A stretch of 64,000 nucleotides of DNA, taken from assembly GCA_053919585.1 (NCBI GenBank), contig CM132789.1, one strand, 5' to 3'. This stretch comes from Euprymna scolopes. Taxonomy: Eukaryota. Under the pieces are notes generated by a model, which saw only the letters and a list, made by a program, of their open reading frames with translations, did no database searches and had not been told where the DNA came from. The position numbers and the translations under genes were made by a program. This document shows positions 38,775-50,375 of the stretch, one piece after another (the stretch's first letter is position 1; each line of letters begins with the position of its first letter).

Positions 38775-40307
38775 ATCTATAGATGTGTATATTTGTATAT
38801 AGATACATTTATATATATCAACGTGTTCTGTTACACATTGAGCTCTCCAATTTAAGATTTCCCAAAGAAATTACACTATAATTTACAGACCTAACTTGTA
38901 TATAGATACATATATATAACACCAAAAAGATGGAGGAAGTGAGGAAGCGTGGATGTGGAAATCCTTTTACCCGAATACGGTGTCCACCATGTTAAAAATA
39001 TAATGGATAAACATCTGAAGAAGTTGGTGGGGACATGATATTTTTATGGAAACATAAATCGTAAAATTGCCAACTCATCAATGAAACAGCTTTAATGAAA
39101 AAACCCAGGAAATAAACGAAGGGTATAAAAATGAAAACGTGAGTCTTAGAATTTTCAACAAAATTTTGCACTATATATTCTCTGTCCCTATTTAATAGAC
39201 ACATTGAGCTTAACTTAAAATTAACGGTGAATGTTTTTAAAATAACAATCTAGACCCGTTAAACGAAAACGGTATACATTGAAAGTAACGACATTTCAAA
39301 AACAAACTTAAAAATATATATATGTATATATATATATATGTATAAATGAAAATTTTGAATAACATCTTGTATACTTACAACAAAAAATTATTATTTGATA
39401 AAGGATTAGAAATAGTTGTTGAAGGTTTTTTTCCCTTAATCCATGAAACTATAATGAATGGCTCATTTTATCGGAGTATATGATAATAGAAAAATAGATG
39501 TGGTTAATGATAAATGTTACTTATTATCACATAAATTGAAATTTAAATTTGAAATGATCGTGTAAAAAGTATACACCATGTGTGAAAGAATAATGCTTAA
39601 ATATAATAATAAAATCCAATGAATACTGGTACACTCCAGAATGAATTGCAGGTTTTTCAAGCATATTCCAGGCTGGAAGATTAAGTCCAAGTCATTCATA
39701 TATTGTAATCTAATATTTTCAATATAGTAGAATCTTTTGAAAAGTTCTAAAATTAAGTCGATATTCGTGCAGGCGAAATACTGAAATTAAATAACGGATA
39801 AGAGATTTTTCATGTAGTTTTTGCCGATAAGTTTTCTTTCTGTAGTTAATTTATATGAAATAATATATGTTCTCTTCTTGTACTAACGTTTTAAACTGTG
39901 TTTTAAATATAATATAGCGTTGTATAATTTAAAACGGAAAAATGCTCAAATGTTTTTCATCGGCGATTCATGTACAAATGAAATGTAATATTTTTCTAAG
40001 ATATATCTAAGTCATAAATCAACATGACCTTATGTGTATCTAGATACGGTAAAGCTGGTTTCTGATTCCAATAGCCCATACATCGCATCAAGCAATATTT
40101 TTTTTCTAAACGTAATGGTGTTTCGATCATAGATTTCGAGTTATCATCGTTCCAAATTCAGCAATCATATTTATTTGCACAGCTATTTAACCAGAGTATG
40201 CTTCATCATTGAAGAAAACTTTGGAAGAGATTGTGGATTAATGAAAATGTTTCTTTTAGGTTCATTCACCAAATGTACGACTTAACGATGTTTTTTTTTG
40301 TCTTCAG

Positions 40308-40331
40308 CTTCTGCCAATTCTGTTGAATTTT
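40308..40331 (+). other. Candidate 24-nt micro-exon
   Basis: Branch-like cttaac, then tttttttttgtcttcAG, 24 nt, then GTAAG. Length is a multiple of 3 and the phase-1 frame is open (xSANSVEF). No partner exons were identified. Confidence 0.35.
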
Positions 40332-41844
40332 GTAAGCGTGCAAAGCACAGTATTTATGCTAAATTCCCCATAGAGATTAAGGGCACAAGTTTAATTGTTA
40401 AGCACGTTGACGAATCGACAGATTTGCAGCGGCACCAACACTACGATGCATAGCAGCAATCGCCAGTGTTATGCGCACTTACGATGTCTTATAGGATTGA
40501 TAGTATTGCTTAGTGTGAATATAGTGCAAAAGTAACCCACAGATTTTCTAATTAATCGTTCTTAATTAATTGCTGCTCGGATGTTAATCTTTTTATGATA
40601 AATTGCTAAGCTAAGTCAAATAGAATATAATTGATAGTCGACAAATTTGCAATTCGAAAAAGAGTTGTCGATGTAAAGTCCGCCAATTCATTCTTCAACT
40701 TTTAAATTGAATTTGATACAAACATTAAATGCGACTCCCCAAATAACTCTCTAGTTTTCGTAGCTGCCCCGTCCTTATTTCTGTCAAAAATATAAGCATC
40801 TGAAAATATGATAACATCTGTTAGCTGAGATAGTAATATGATTAGTTACATATAATTACTTAATGCCTGGAAGGATGCTATCATGATAAAGGAACGTACA
40901 CTTTACTGTTCCTTACGCCGATAAGAAGGTAAGATTATGTATGGGAGGATTGACTCATAAAAATAGAACCGGTACAACACTACCTAACATGTAAAGGTAA
41001 TGTATGGGAAGATAGTCTAATGACAAAATAACAAACATTACATTAACCTAACCTGATCAAAATGACTCGGTAACGCCTGTGAGAATGCTATCATTACAAT
41101 ACTACACATACTACGCTCCATTCCCTATAAAAGAGAAGTTAATCCGGTGGAAAATAGCATCACAGCTACTATATTAACACTACAAAAAGGGGAAGATAAT
41201 ACCTCGGAGGATGGTATCATGCGAAAAACAAATCCTATAATGCCCTCTCACTCAAAAGAAGCAATGCTTGGGACAATGGTGACATATCTTAAAACACATA
41301 CTACAGTACACCGAAAGGTGACGGTAATAAATAAATGATACACTACATCAGAATAGAGATTACATCTGAAACAATGTCACATAAAAATATGAAATATATT
41401 ACAGTATTTTCCTGACAAATGTAGGAAGCCTGATATCATTGGAACGCAACGTATGCTACACCATCCTCCCTAATTAAACATTGAAAGTATTGTTATATTA
41501 GTCTGCAATAATTTAATAAAATGAATTGAACTTAAAATAATACTGTACTAAATAGTAATAAATAGTAGTTTCGACTTTATATAGACAGCTATAAAATATA
41601 CATTAGCAATAGATGTACAATGCTTATAAGTTCATATACACAGTTAAATCATAAGTACCCGGAGGATAACGCACTAACAAACGTTACTATTTTAATTTCT
41701 GATATTTTTACCGTTTAATGCTCTTCTACAGTTTTCCTCTTATTCAACGCAAACAAGATATACTGCCACTTGGACATAAAGGTTTACTATTTGGGGCAAT
41801 ACCTACTGGTGTCTATGTTAGGAAATGATGTCTATTATAATTAC

Positions 41845-42003
41845 GTCTAACCTTCTGCATGTTGATACAGTAAAGGACAACAGGAAACAGGGAGGTAATT
41901 CCAAAGTATAGCATTCCGAGAGAAAAAACTGCAAGAGTAGAAGGCATTCGGACATCTAGGCTCCTCTGCAATGAAGCGGTGGGATTTTACTGCTAGTCCA
42001 GTG
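41845..42003 (-). mobile_element. LINE ORF2 C-terminal fragment
   Basis: FYSCSFFSRNAILWNYLPVSCCP matches the SFFLRTTRLWNCLPFSCFP end of the 46688 ORF. Confidence 0.7.
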
Positions 42004-42008
42004 TGTCG

Positions 42009-42063
<55 letters not shown>

Positions 42064-42134
42064 GTTTGTAATATACTGAATATTACTGGACTCGTATAAT
42101 TCAGTAAATTTTTCATATACCAATGAATTTTAAG

Positions 42135-42218
<84 letters not shown>

Positions 42219-42322
42219 GACTTGTTTGTAACATACTGAATATTACTGGGCTCGTATAATTCAGTAAATTTTACATACACCTATATATATATGTATATAT
42301 ACATGTATATATATATATATAC

Positions 42323-42363
<41 letters not shown>

Positions 42364-43928
42364 GAGAGAATGCAAGTAATTAGTTCGTCATAGCATATGC
42401 CATTAAAGTACTCCTAAAACAGCTACATGCATGTGATATTACTGGGACAGGATAGTGGTTGATTGATAGTTAAGGAGTTATTAGATTAAAAACTCTTCTT
42501 GAACCCCGTCTAATAGAGATTAATGTTAAATACATTAAACTTGATATAGAAACAATACTCGATGCATAGACAAATAATAGATTGTAGAGATACAGAATAC
42601 TGTCAGATTGAGTAATATTAGAGAGAGCATATAATAATCAATTTTTTATAAGTACTTTTAGATTCAGAAGATTTCGCATTAAAATAGCAACTATTCCTGA
42701 ATCCCGGGTTTATTTCCCAAGTAAGTCATACATTGAAACAAAAGCTTACATTAAAAATCTATAAAAAGTCGTTAAATATATCTCTGAATAGTATGTTTAA
42801 GAAAATATCATAGACTACAAACGCACGCATTTTTAGTTCATTAAAAAAACAGTTAGTCTAATGAAGATTATTTTTATCTGTGAATTCAAGTTGGTCCAAT
42901 TCTGAGTAATATATCAACCAATTTGGCTTTAAATATATTCGTGCTTCGACTATTAAAGAAGTATAATATATATTTACTACATTCAAACACAGATATATTG
43001 ATATGTGAATGGAAACATATTGATGTACCACAAGTAAATAAACATGATTGCTTATACTTCTTCCATTTGCTTTGAATTAGACTTATATCAAAGAAACCAT
43101 AGGCTATGGTGATATAAACTTTTCGGTACTTAGATGATAAATATCGCGTTACTGTTTTATCAGCTGACCACGTTCCACGTGCTTACCTCATTAGAAAATC
43201 TCACGCCAAAACTACTATTTATTATTTGTACAAAAACTCCTATCATCAGCAATATTTCTTAGCCATTTATTCTTACGATCATTCTATCAGGCAATGAACC
43301 CCTGATTCTATTCCGACATCAAAAGTCAAACATACATTTATTTTAACCCAATACATAACATTAGGAAGCTTGTAGAACTTATTCCGTGATATACACAAAT
43401 ACAGTTAAAAGATTATATTACTGTTTAAACTGATAACCTTTACACACGTGCGAGTCAAAAGTATTCAATATTCGCATCGTGCTAATTTGCAAAGATATCG
43501 CGTGACCTTGGTTGTTGAAATCGTGGAAAGTATCCGCTATCTTCTGATGGTGCGTGATTTGGAAAGTCGACCAATTCACATATAACGAATATCAATTCGA
43601 AGTCTTAAGTTTTTAACTGGGACAAAACGCAACGTTTCCTGTGATAAAATTCAGGACACAAGTGGTGATAGTATACTGATATTTCTGTCTTCCTTTTCAC
43701 TCCAAATCATACATTGGAACGGAGGATGCTATTATTTCGCACGATATTTATAGGAAGCTATGTAAGGAGATTAGCAAGATTTCGGTTTATATTTTATTTA
43801 AATTTCTGCATGTCAGTACAGCCAGCTAAAGCAGGCAGATAATTTCCTAACACAGTGGGACCCGCCCTTCTTGCTGCAAAAGCCTGTTCAATTTCTGCAA
43901 TGTAATTCACATACACACCCTCACACAA

Positions 43929-43989
<61 letters not shown>

Positions 43990-43990
<1 letters not shown>

Positions 43991-45060
43991 TCAGTTCATG
44001 TTTCCTTGGAATGTTAAGACTAAGGTTGTCCAACCACCAGCTCTCATGAAAGGTGATACTAGTCAGGACTATCGATGGTTAGTAAACCTTCTTGGAATTG
44101 TTGATAGAAAGCGATTAGGTATAGTAACATCAAATATTACCATTTATTTACAGCCTCATTCTATTAGGGACAAGGGGTCGTTTTATGAGATTTCTGTCAT
44201 TGCCTTTTATATGTGTTCATCCGCTTTTCCCACATGCCTATTTCAGACGAAATGTATCACGGTTTACTTTAAAATATCCAGAATAATAAAGATCCAACGG
44301 TCGACCCTGGAGGCATATCGGCATTAATACCATGCTGTTTTGATGTATGCAAATCAAAAGTAACACTGATGTTCATCTTGTCTAAGAAGACTCTTATTAT
44401 GTTTTATTATTAATTTATTAGTAGTATAATTTAATTTTCAAAGAGTTGGATATATCAAGGGCTATCTCCCTTATTTCTCATACATTGTTCACGGCATGGT
44501 ATATGCAATTAGAGATAACCGTTAAAACATCTCCAAAAATATTGGCTAGCCTAAATCCATACTGGCTTGTTTGATCGATTAATGACCCAAAGATTAAAGG
44601 AACCAGACTAATAGAGTGATATGACTTTTCATCAAAAGTCTTTGACATGGGCACGACAGTAGAGATTTCTCACCAATCACCGAAGAAGATGCAGAAAGGC
44701 ATTTGCTGTAAAATTTGGATAGTGCAGGTGGTAGCTATTTTTTTCATGATATCACAAAGATAAAAAGGGATGATTACCAAATATGCCGTGTAGGAGGGAG
44801 CTGTTTATAGGCCTAAGCTACAGTTGGATTCGAATTGTCAGAGAAGCAGTTCAGCCTTTTATACTGCTGTGCAAGCAACTTTCTTGTGTTGAATAGTGTA
44901 GGAATACTTGTGAAACTTCTCTCGCGCTTAGGTCAAGCGACTGACCTCTGATCGTCCTCAAGAACCGTGGATTGTGATGTCTCTAGTTCTCCGAGAGACC
45001 TCCACATTAACTTCTGAACGCCTCTGTGTGACTTCTGTTGAAAGCAAACAGCAAAGCTCG
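43990..45060 (-). pseudogene. Old, rearranged CR1/L2-group LINE RT remnant
   Basis: Minus strand gives SIPTLFN..KAELL, LSKFYSKCLS, QYGFR..GDVLTVIS, IALDISNSF, NADMPPGSTVGSLLF and KADE. 43990-44130 looks like a plus-strand piece (FPW..K.VQP..KG...YR..NLL). Confidence 0.6.
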
Positions 45061-45623
45061 CATACCACAGAAAGAAAAGACAAACAATAAAAATTGTATT
45101 CTACTAAGAATTAATATCACAAAATTTAAAGTCATTTACAGATATATTTGTTCAGTTCTGAACACATTTTTAAATTCACAATCGCTCCTCTTCGTAGATG
45201 GCAATCAGGCGGAATGGTGTTTGGTTATATAATAATTATACTTTATTTATCACACTATTACATTTTCCATAAATATGCGTTTTCTGATTATTTCGCTGTG
45301 CATTCCCTTGAATACGACTATTTTATCCTTACAATGCTTTCTAGTATCTATATGCTTATGCCTTATTGTACTTGACACATTGTGGAGGAATTGGTGGGAT
45401 GCATTCTACCTTTGTACAATGGCAGCTGGACAATTAGTAATGAATACTTGAGGTGAGTGTACTTTGCTATATTATTATCGATTTTGTAGCTTGCTACGTT
45501 ATTTCCGTTTGGGAACATGTGCGCCAATGCCGGCTTTGCACCATTCAGTAGTCTTATTGCTACACCGTTTCTCACGAAAAGAAAAGATAGTAGGCCAATT
45601 AACACACACACACACACATATGT

Positions 45624-45711
45624 GAGTCTCGTTAGATTCAACCACTCTGATGAGTCGTAGACGAATAAACACGTGTCAGTGGATAATTATATTTTAAAAA
45701 TAATATATATA
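45624..45711 (+). mobile_element. 5'-truncated copy of the tRNA-headed hammerhead SINE (family C)
   Basis: Matches 45930-46015. Hammerhead at 45642-45682: ccact-CTGATGA-gtcg-taga-cgaa-tAAA-cacgtg-TC-agtgg, with the G of GAAA mutated. Confidence 0.75.
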
Positions 45712-45872
45712 ACGCTCCACTTGTGGGGGTACCAATTTGGTTAAAGAGAAAAGTACTCCCAACTCGCATTTAGGTAAAAATGCACTTTCGTAAATAATTG
45801 AATTCATTCAAAACATATGGCTAAAACCAAAACAAACAACATCTAAATAAATCGCGATATATCCAGGCAGTC

Positions 45873-46050
45873 GGCGAGATGGTCCAGCGGTAAAGGGTTT
45901 AGGCTCATTACCATGGGGTCCGGCTTTCGAGTCTCGCTAGATTCAGCCACCCTGATGAGTCGTAGATGAGGAAACACGTGTCAGTGGATAATGATATTTT
46001 AAAAATAATATATATATATACATATATATATATACATATATATACATACA
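45873..46050 (+). mobile_element. SINE-like element: tRNA(Met)-like head, type I hammerhead (45947-45987) and (TA)n tail
   Basis: A-box tggtccagcggtaa; anticodon-loop-like ct-CAT-ta; ggtc; B-box-like ttcgagtc; then ccacc-CTGATGA-gtcg-taga-tgag-GAAA-cacgtg-TC-agtgg; then an AT-rich spacer and (TA)n. Confidence 0.7.
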
Positions 46051-46553
46051 TAATCAGATTTTTTTACCGTTTTTATTATCTCCTTCAATTTATATTTGTA
46101 GTCAATCTTTAGATTATACTAATACTAGTGCAACAATGCTTGCCCAGGGTACAGAGAGACTGTTAGAAATCATATTGCCTAGTAAAGATGAGACAAAAAC
46201 ATTCGATTGATATCAAATAATGCTTAGTGTTTCTTTTGTGAGGTTTGGTTTGTAGTTAGAAATACACACAGGCAAACAACTCATTTATATAATCATAGAA
46301 AATCAAAACATACTAATTTATTGGTATGAAAATATGTGCCATTCAAAAACAATCTACTAAAATCTAGTAATATCATATATCTGTTTAAATCTCAGAAGCG
46401 ATTGCAATTATGGCGAGTGTCTGTGTATATTGGATCATAAAATCGAATTGCCGCAAACTGGGTAGATTTAGTCAATAAAGAGAGAAACAGCTTTCGCTTT
46501 TTTCCATCAAATATATATCAATAAATATATGCAATATTACATCTTCCTGTAGT

Positions 46554-47940
46554 TTTTTTTTTTTTACAAAGGCATCACCACATTATCAAGGCCAAGAGGC
46601 CACTCAAGGATAAGGGTTAAAGAGTGTACAGTAGAAATTGGTCAATATAGTAATCATTAGTAATGAAAATTTGGTAAATTTAATAACTTATATGGAACGG
46701 CTCATCAAGAACTTGTTTACTTTAGACTTGAACACAACCATATTGTAGTCAGCCGGAAAGCAGGAAAACGGAAGACAATTCCACAGGCGTGTAGTTCTAA
46801 GAAAGAAGCTTTGTTCATGGAATCTACGTTTAGGTTTAGGCACAGATAAAGAGTGGGGGGAATTATTGATAGTGTTTACAGCTAGACGAGTGTTTCTTGT
46901 GATAGTTTGGCGAGGGGGGACCATAGATTGAAGCTCAGTTGAACACTTTCCATGTAAATAACGATACATCAGAGACAAACTCGCAACATCTCTTCTGTGA
47001 GATAGAGGTTGCAAGGAGGAGAAAAGGACATCTCCTACGAGGCTACGAAGTCTATTTTGAACTCTATCAAGGCAGGACAAGTCCTTTCTAGCAGCTCCTG
47101 CCCAGATGTGGCAACAGTATTCCATCCTTGGACGTACCTGGCTCTTATATAGGTAGAGAATAGCATCAGCAGTGAGATATCTACTGGATCGATAGAAAGA
47201 TCCCACCATTTTTCCAGCGGCCTTGGCAACAGATTTGATATACGTGTTCCATTTAAGATCAGGAGTAATGGTCAAGCCCAGAAGCTTGTCAAAACTTGAG
47301 GCCTCCTGAAGACGAGAGCCATTCATTTCAATTGATGACAAATGTGAATTAGAATTTTGATGATGTAAAGAGAGAAGCTTGGTTTTAGATGCATTAAAAG
47401 TAACCAGCCACTCCTTTCCCCATTGTACTACGTGCTCAAGATCAGAGGAGAGAGAATTGGAGAGAACTTGGTTGTTTACTGTCTTAGATGTGGTACCATA
47501 AATGGTAGTGTCGTCAGCATAAATGTCTACAAATGATGTAAGGATATGATTTGGAAGATCATTAATGTAGATCAGGAAAAGAGTTGGGCCCAGGATGGAT
47601 CCCTGAGGGACACCGGCATTAATACTGTGAGCTTCTGATTTTTGCCCCTCAACTACTACTCTTATGAACCTATCAGAAAGAAATGATTTAATAATTGAGA
47701 AGACTTTTCCAGCTATACCATAGCTAGCGATCTTATGAAGTAAACCTTTATGCCATACCCTATCAAAGGCTTTAGATATGTCAAGAGCAATTGCCCTAGA
47801 AAGATTGTCACCGTCGAGAGATTTGCTAATCCTATGCGATATAACTGTAAGGACATCTGCTGTAGATCTAGCAGAACGGAAACCATATTGAGTATCACTA
47901 AGAAGGTTATGTTTGTTGAGATGAAGTACTTTAGGAATGT
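46554..47940 (-). mobile_element. 5'-truncated CR1/L2-group LINE with poly(A) tail
   Basis: A-tail appears as a T run at 46553-46565; short 3'UTR; RT coding region 46688-47940. Confidence 0.95.
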
Positions 47941-47941
47941 T
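46688..47941 (-). CDS. LINE ORF2 reverse transcriptase, partial (no start codon, frame open for about 415 codons)
   Basis: QYGFRSARST, IALDISKAFDRVWH, GVPQGSILGPTLFLIYINDL, IYADDT, FNASKT, LGLTIT..LKW, YCCHIWAG. I found no stop in the 200 codons upstream of the TTG start used by the ORF track. Confidence 0.92.
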   Translation of the reverse strand, partial: NIPKVLHLNKHNLLSDTQYGFRSARSTADVLTVISHRISKSLDGDNLSRAIALDISKAFDRVWHKGLLHKIASYGIAGKVFSIIKSFLSDRFIRVVVEGQKSEAHSINAGVPQGSILGPTLFLIYINDLPNHILTSFVDIYADDTTIYGTTSKTVNNQVLSNSLSSDLEHVVQWGKEWLVTFNASKTKLLSLHHQNSNSHLSSIEMNGSRLQEASSFDKLLGLTITPDLKWNTYIKSVAKAAGKMVGSFYRSSRYLTADAILYLYKSQVRPRMEYCCHIWAGAARKDLSCLDRVQNRLRSLVGDVLFSSLQPLSHRRDVASLSLMYRYLHGKCSTELQSMVPPRQTITRNTRLAVNTINNSPHSLSVPKPKRRFHEQSFFLRTTRLWNCLPFSCFPADYNMVVFKSKVNKFLMSRSI

Positions 47942-48127
47942 TACTGAATATGGCCCCTGTATTCCTAGTAGTTTAAAGGTAAAATGCTAATCTACGATCT
48001 CAACAGTGATATAGTGATTGAGGTTGACTTCCCTGATGAGTAGTTATTAACACTTCTTAAATTGATTATTACATAAGCATGAAGCACTAGTGTCTTTATG
48101 GATATAATTACAATTAAAATATTATCG

Positions 48128-48167
<40 letters not shown>

Positions 48168-48554
48168 ATAATATATACATATATATATATATATATATAC
48201 TTAAATTTATTAACATACTATAAATTGTATATATCAGAATTCTTTAAGATACCATAAATCAACTGAAGTTTTTGGAGTATTTAAAAATTGACATCCATTG
48301 AAACATTTCACAAAAAAGCAGAGTTATGTAAACATCTTCCTCTAAAACTAAATCAATCTAAACATACCCTACGTTAATGACTCTTACACCTAGAAAAATG
48401 GGTTTAAATCATCACTATCGGTTAATTAGTTCCAAAGTGAATCCTGTACTGATGATGTATTGATAGAGTACAAAATTGATTTATCAATCTAGTGAAGACT
48501 ACTCCTTTTTACCCGACAACCATGTCTTTTCAAGAGAGACATGGCTTATCAATA

Positions 48555-48800
48555 TACTTTACTGTTGTCTTCTTGACAGATCCAATATCTGTTAAACTTC
48601 TGTAAAGCATTCGCGGAAAAAAATTTTACAAGCTAAAACCATCACACAATATTCTTTTCTCTTCTCGTGCAATGGAAATTGCATGGACAAAGTTTTATTT
48701 GTAGACCTCCAATTTGTGGAACAAAATACAACGCGGCTATTTTCCAACTAAATACAACATACCCATTTACAAGTCAAATGATCTAATCCTTCACCTTTAC
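48555..48800 (+). mobile_element. Degenerate LINE 3' fragment
   Basis: SFICRPP/LWNK-like region and flanks resembling the C-terminus of the LINE ORF2. Confidence 0.4.
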
Positions 48801-48864
48801 CGCATAGCTTTTAATTTATTGGTCATCACCAGCTAACAATCTTACTAATCTTTCTCCTCATTAA

Positions 48865-50375
48865 ATTAAATGGTAAATATGTTAAATGGTAAATATGTTA
48901 AATGGTAAATATATTAAGTGGTAAATATATTAAATGGTAAATATATTAAATGGTAAATATATTAAATAGTAAATATATTAAATGGTTAATATATCCAATA
49001 CTAAATGTATAAAATGGTAATTATATTCAATGGTAAATATATTAAAATATATATATATCAAATGAAAAGCATATTATATATTAAATATATTAAATAATAC
49101 ATATATTAAATTGTAAATATATTAAATTGTAAATATATTTAATAATAAATGTATTAATGGAAAATATATTGAATAATACATATATTAAATAATAAGTATA
49201 TTTAATAGTAAATATACTGAATGGTAAATATATTTAATTATACATATATTAAATGGTAATTATGTTAAATAATAAATATATTAAATGGAGAATATATTGA
49301 ATAATAAATATATTAAAGCATAAATATATTCAATGGTAAATATATTAAATGAAAAATATCTTGAATAATAAATATATTAAATAATAAATATATTAAATAA
49401 TAAATATATTAAATGGTAAACATATTGAATGGTAAATATGTTGAATGGTAAATATATTAAACAATAAATATATTAAATAATAAATATATTAAATAGTACA
49501 TGTATTGAATGGTAAATATATTGAATGGTAAATATATTAAGTAATAAATATATAAAAAATGAATATGTAAAATTGTAAAAATATTAAATAATAAATATAT
49601 TAAATAATAAATATATAAAATAATAAATATATTAAATGGTAAATATATTAAATAATAAATATATTAAAACATAAATATATTAAATAATAAATATATTGAA
49701 TAGTAAATATATTGAATGTGAATATATTAAATAATAAATATATTAAATGGTAAATATATTAAATGGTAAATATATTAAATAATGAATATATGGAATAGTA
49801 AATATATTGAATGGTAACAATATTGAATGGTAAATATATAAAATGGCAATATATTAAATAATGAATATCATAAATAATAAATATATTAAATGGAAAATAT
49901 ATTAAATGGTAAATATATTATATGGTTAATATATTGAATGGTAAATATATTAAATAATAAATATATTAAATTGTAAATATATTAAGTGGTAAATATATTA
50001 AATGGTAAATATATTAAATAATAAATATATTAAATATGAAATATATTAAATGGAAAATATTAAATGATAAATATATATATATTAAATGATAAATATATTA
50101 AATAATAAATAAATTAAATTATAAATATATTAAATAATAAATATATTAAATGGTAAATATATTAAATAATAAATATATTAAATGATAAATATATTAAATA
50201 ATAAATATATTAAATAATTAATATATTAAGTATGAAATATATTAAATTGAAATATATTAAATTATATATATATTAAATGGTAGATATATTAAATGGTAAA
50301 TATGTTGAATAATTAGTATATAAAATGATAAATATATTAAATGGTAAATATAGTGAATGGTAAATATATTAAATC
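48865..50375. repeat. 16-bp AT-rich minisatellite, about 95 units
   Basis: Unit aaatggtaaatatatt interspersed with the variant aaataataaatatatt. Confidence 0.96.

Noticed and set aside
45873-45945. Functional tRNA-Met gene
   Set aside because: The anticodon and T stems pair poorly, the B-box is mutated, and the sequence runs into a repeated ribozyme body. I treat it as a SINE head.
48032-48060. CTGATGA motifs here and at about 52692 as further hammerheads
   Set aside because: No correctly placed stem II, GAAA and stem III follow.
48518-48547. Hairpin containing TTCAAGAGA, the common shRNA loop
   Set aside because: The stem is only about 9 bp and there is no vector context, so it is coincidental.
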